A stretch of 62,121 nt of DNA, filler included, from Actinobacteria bacterium UBA7524 (GTDB lineage: Bacteria; Actinomycetota; Coriobacteriia; Anaerosomatales; UBA912): the NCBI GenBank assembly GCA_002478275.1. It is 8 parts of 8 records of this genome, joined end to end, with 100 filler letters (N's around TTAATTAATTAA, not from the genome) between each part and the next. Parts side by side here need not be neighbours in the genome. Positions count along the whole stretch, not along the records: positions 58,203 to 62,121 come from DLMY01000060.1; 7 more parts are not named here. One strand, 5' to 3'. Made by a program: the position numbers and the translations under genes. Numbering within the stretch: position 1 is the stretch's first letter; every line of letters begins with the position of its first letter. This document shows positions 60,578 through 62,121 of the stretch, one piece after another. The notes under the pieces are model-generated. The model was not told where the DNA came from. It searched no databases and saw nothing but the letters and a program-made list of their open reading frames with translations.

Positions 60578-61780
60578 GTGGATTCGCAGTACCCAGTCTT
60601 CGTCAATGGCACCAGAGTTGTTCCGCAACCAAACTCCTGCCTGATCTACTCGTGGCTCGCGTCTACTTTCGACATCCTCAACCTCGAGTCGCTAATCTTC
60701 CTGAACGAGATCCAGCGCAACCTGGCCACTAGGGAGATCATTGAGTCGGTATCCGCACGGTATCCAGACGAGTCCAAGGATCTGATAGCGAGCGATGTCG
60801 ATAGGCTGCTCGCGTTCTTGCAGGAGCGTGGGTACTTGGAGCTGAGTTCAAGTCCCGGTGCGAATGACGAGATCTTCGAGTTCGTCGATCGAATGGACGA
60901 AGTCAAGGTGGTGCAGGCGGACCTTGAGATCACCAAGAACTGCAACTTGCGTTGCGCATACTGTTTCGATGAGGCGGCGGCGGGTTACCCGGTACTTGCC
61001 GTCGGCAAGTGGATCGAGCTGTTTGATTCGCTTCACGGCGCAGGGTTGCGCGTGCTCAAGGTATCGGGCGGCGAGCCATTCACCTATCCGGCCATTCTGG
61101 AGTTCCTGGAGTATGCGCAGGAGAAGTTCATCGTCTCCATCAACACGAATGGGCACTACGTCGACGAGAGAGTGGCCGCGAGGCTTGCGGGTATGCATCT
61201 TCAGGCTGTCCAAGTCTCACTCGATAGCGCAACCTCGCACGTGCATGACCTGTTCAGGGGCGTCGGAACCTGGGAGCGGGCCGTGCGCGCGATTGACCTG
61301 CTCCACGGCCAAGGCGTTCCTCTCAGAATATCCGCGACGGCAACGACACGAAACGTCGATGGTTTGCAGCAACTCAGGGACTTCGCACACGCACGTGACG
61401 CGGAGCTGAGTGTTGAAGTCCTGAAGCCCGTTGGCAAAGCCGCCTCAATGGACGCGACTCATTTCCTGGCGGATCCACAAGTCGTCACTCAGTACTCAGA
61501 GAAGGCGAGTGCACACAAAGTCCTTGGTGAGATGGCCATGACCTGCCAAGCGCAGCTCGGAGTCGTCGGGATCTCGTACAAGGGCAACATCAAGCCCTGC
61601 AACCTTACGGAGGAGTTCTTCGACGATCGCCGGGCTGATGTCGTGAAGTCGCTAGACGAGGACTGGCGCTATGACGGCTCGGCAACCCTGAGTGCGAGCA
61701 ATGCGGCGAGTGAGCGAGTTGTCGGCCTCATGGCGTCAGGCGCGATTGAGTCGAAGGACAAGTGCATCTTCGAGTACTGA
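60578..61780 (+). CDS. PqqD/RRE-radical SAM peptide maturase with a short Cys-containing C-terminal (Twitch-like) domain
   Basis: IASDVDRLLAFLQERGYL (PqqD-like), EITKNCNLRCAYC, SGGEPF, NTNG, VSLDS, CQA..GNIKPC, C-terminal KCIFEY. Confidence 0.88.
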   Translation: MDSQYPVFVNGTRVVPQPNSCLIYSWLASTFDILNLESLIFLNEIQRNLATREIIESVSARYPDESKDLIASDVDRLLAFLQERGYLELSSSPGANDEIFEFVDRMDEVKVVQADLEITKNCNLRCAYCFDEAAAGYPVLAVGKWIELFDSLHGAGLRVLKVSGGEPFTYPAILEFLEYAQEKFIVSINTNGHYVDERVAARLAGMHLQAVQVSLDSATSHVHDLFRGVGTWERAVRAIDLLHGQGVPLRISATATTRNVDGLQQLRDFAHARDAELSVEVLKPVGKAASMDATHFLADPQVVTQYSEKASAHKVLGEMAMTCQAQLGVVGISYKGNIKPCNLTEEFFDDRRADVVKSLDEDWRYDGSATLSASNAASERVVGLMASGAIESKDKCIFEY

Positions 61781-62099
61781 CCTCGCTGCGGCTGACCACC
61801 GCAAGCCAGTTGTCGTAGCGCAATTGCCGGGCTACACGTCCGCCGGAGCCGCCCAACAATGGCGTCGAGCGGACGGCGAAAGGTCGTACCAACCAGTGAG
61901 CGCATGACCGCCGCTCATGCCAAGCACGTTCGGCCGACAGCACAGAGGGGGATTAGAGTGGTGATTCCTGACTACCAGACCGTGATGCCACAAGACTAGC
62001 TCAGTGCTGTGACGTCCGTGACAGCACCATTGCCATGTCGCGAAGGGGCGCCTGTTCCGGTTGGCTGGGGCGCCGTTCGTGTCTAACCGCATTTCGCTG

Positions 62100-62121
62100 G
62101 TTAACGTCCCCGGAAGTGGTG
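62100..62121. mobile_element. Repeated element end (IS3-like IR), copy 2
   Basis: Identical to 42103-42124. Confidence 0.5.

Noticed and set aside
61961..61999. Mrr-like N-terminus (VIPDYQTVMP)
   Set aside because: Only 12 codons before a stop; at most a remnant and too short to support.
62081..62099. GTCTAAC as a possible attC start
   Set aside because: No L boxes or complementary arm are visible before the element end.

Overview
The window is a concatenation of eight contigs or scaffolds joined by N-TTAATTAATTAA-N linkers. It comes from a high-GC bacterium whose proteins (CW_binding_2 repeats, class B sortase, DUF2510-type domains) point to Coriobacteriia-like Actinomycetota; that taxonomy is inferred. 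1-3652 holds an RHS/YD-repeat protein cut short by a probable IS end. 3753-22924 is core chromosome: pncB-pncA, a COG2403 (arginine synthetase-like) gene with carbamate kinase, a UGA-interrupted peroxiredoxin-glutaredoxin selenoprotein, an NYN protein, rlmKL, YihY and AcuC. The main signal lies in three contigs (23025-28652, 28753-32322, 42226-54113). These are fragments of an integron gene-cassette array, with minus-strand ORFs separated by attC hairpins whose R''/R' ends pair cassette by cassette. No intI is present in the window. Cargo includes membrane proteins, an amidase-lipoprotein pair, a TA module, a PD-(D/E)XK nuclease, an AlbA_2 protein and a SinI-like R-M system. The attC sites are hit at three different positions by three different IS types, and candidate bridge/seek-RNA guides to attC are readable in two IS110-family elements. 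Two ICE-like contigs each carry a radical-SAM RiPP locus with a small Cys-rich precursor (33561-33755 and 60386-60481). A partial DruE/YprA-like helicase and a VirD4/TraG coupling protein are also present.
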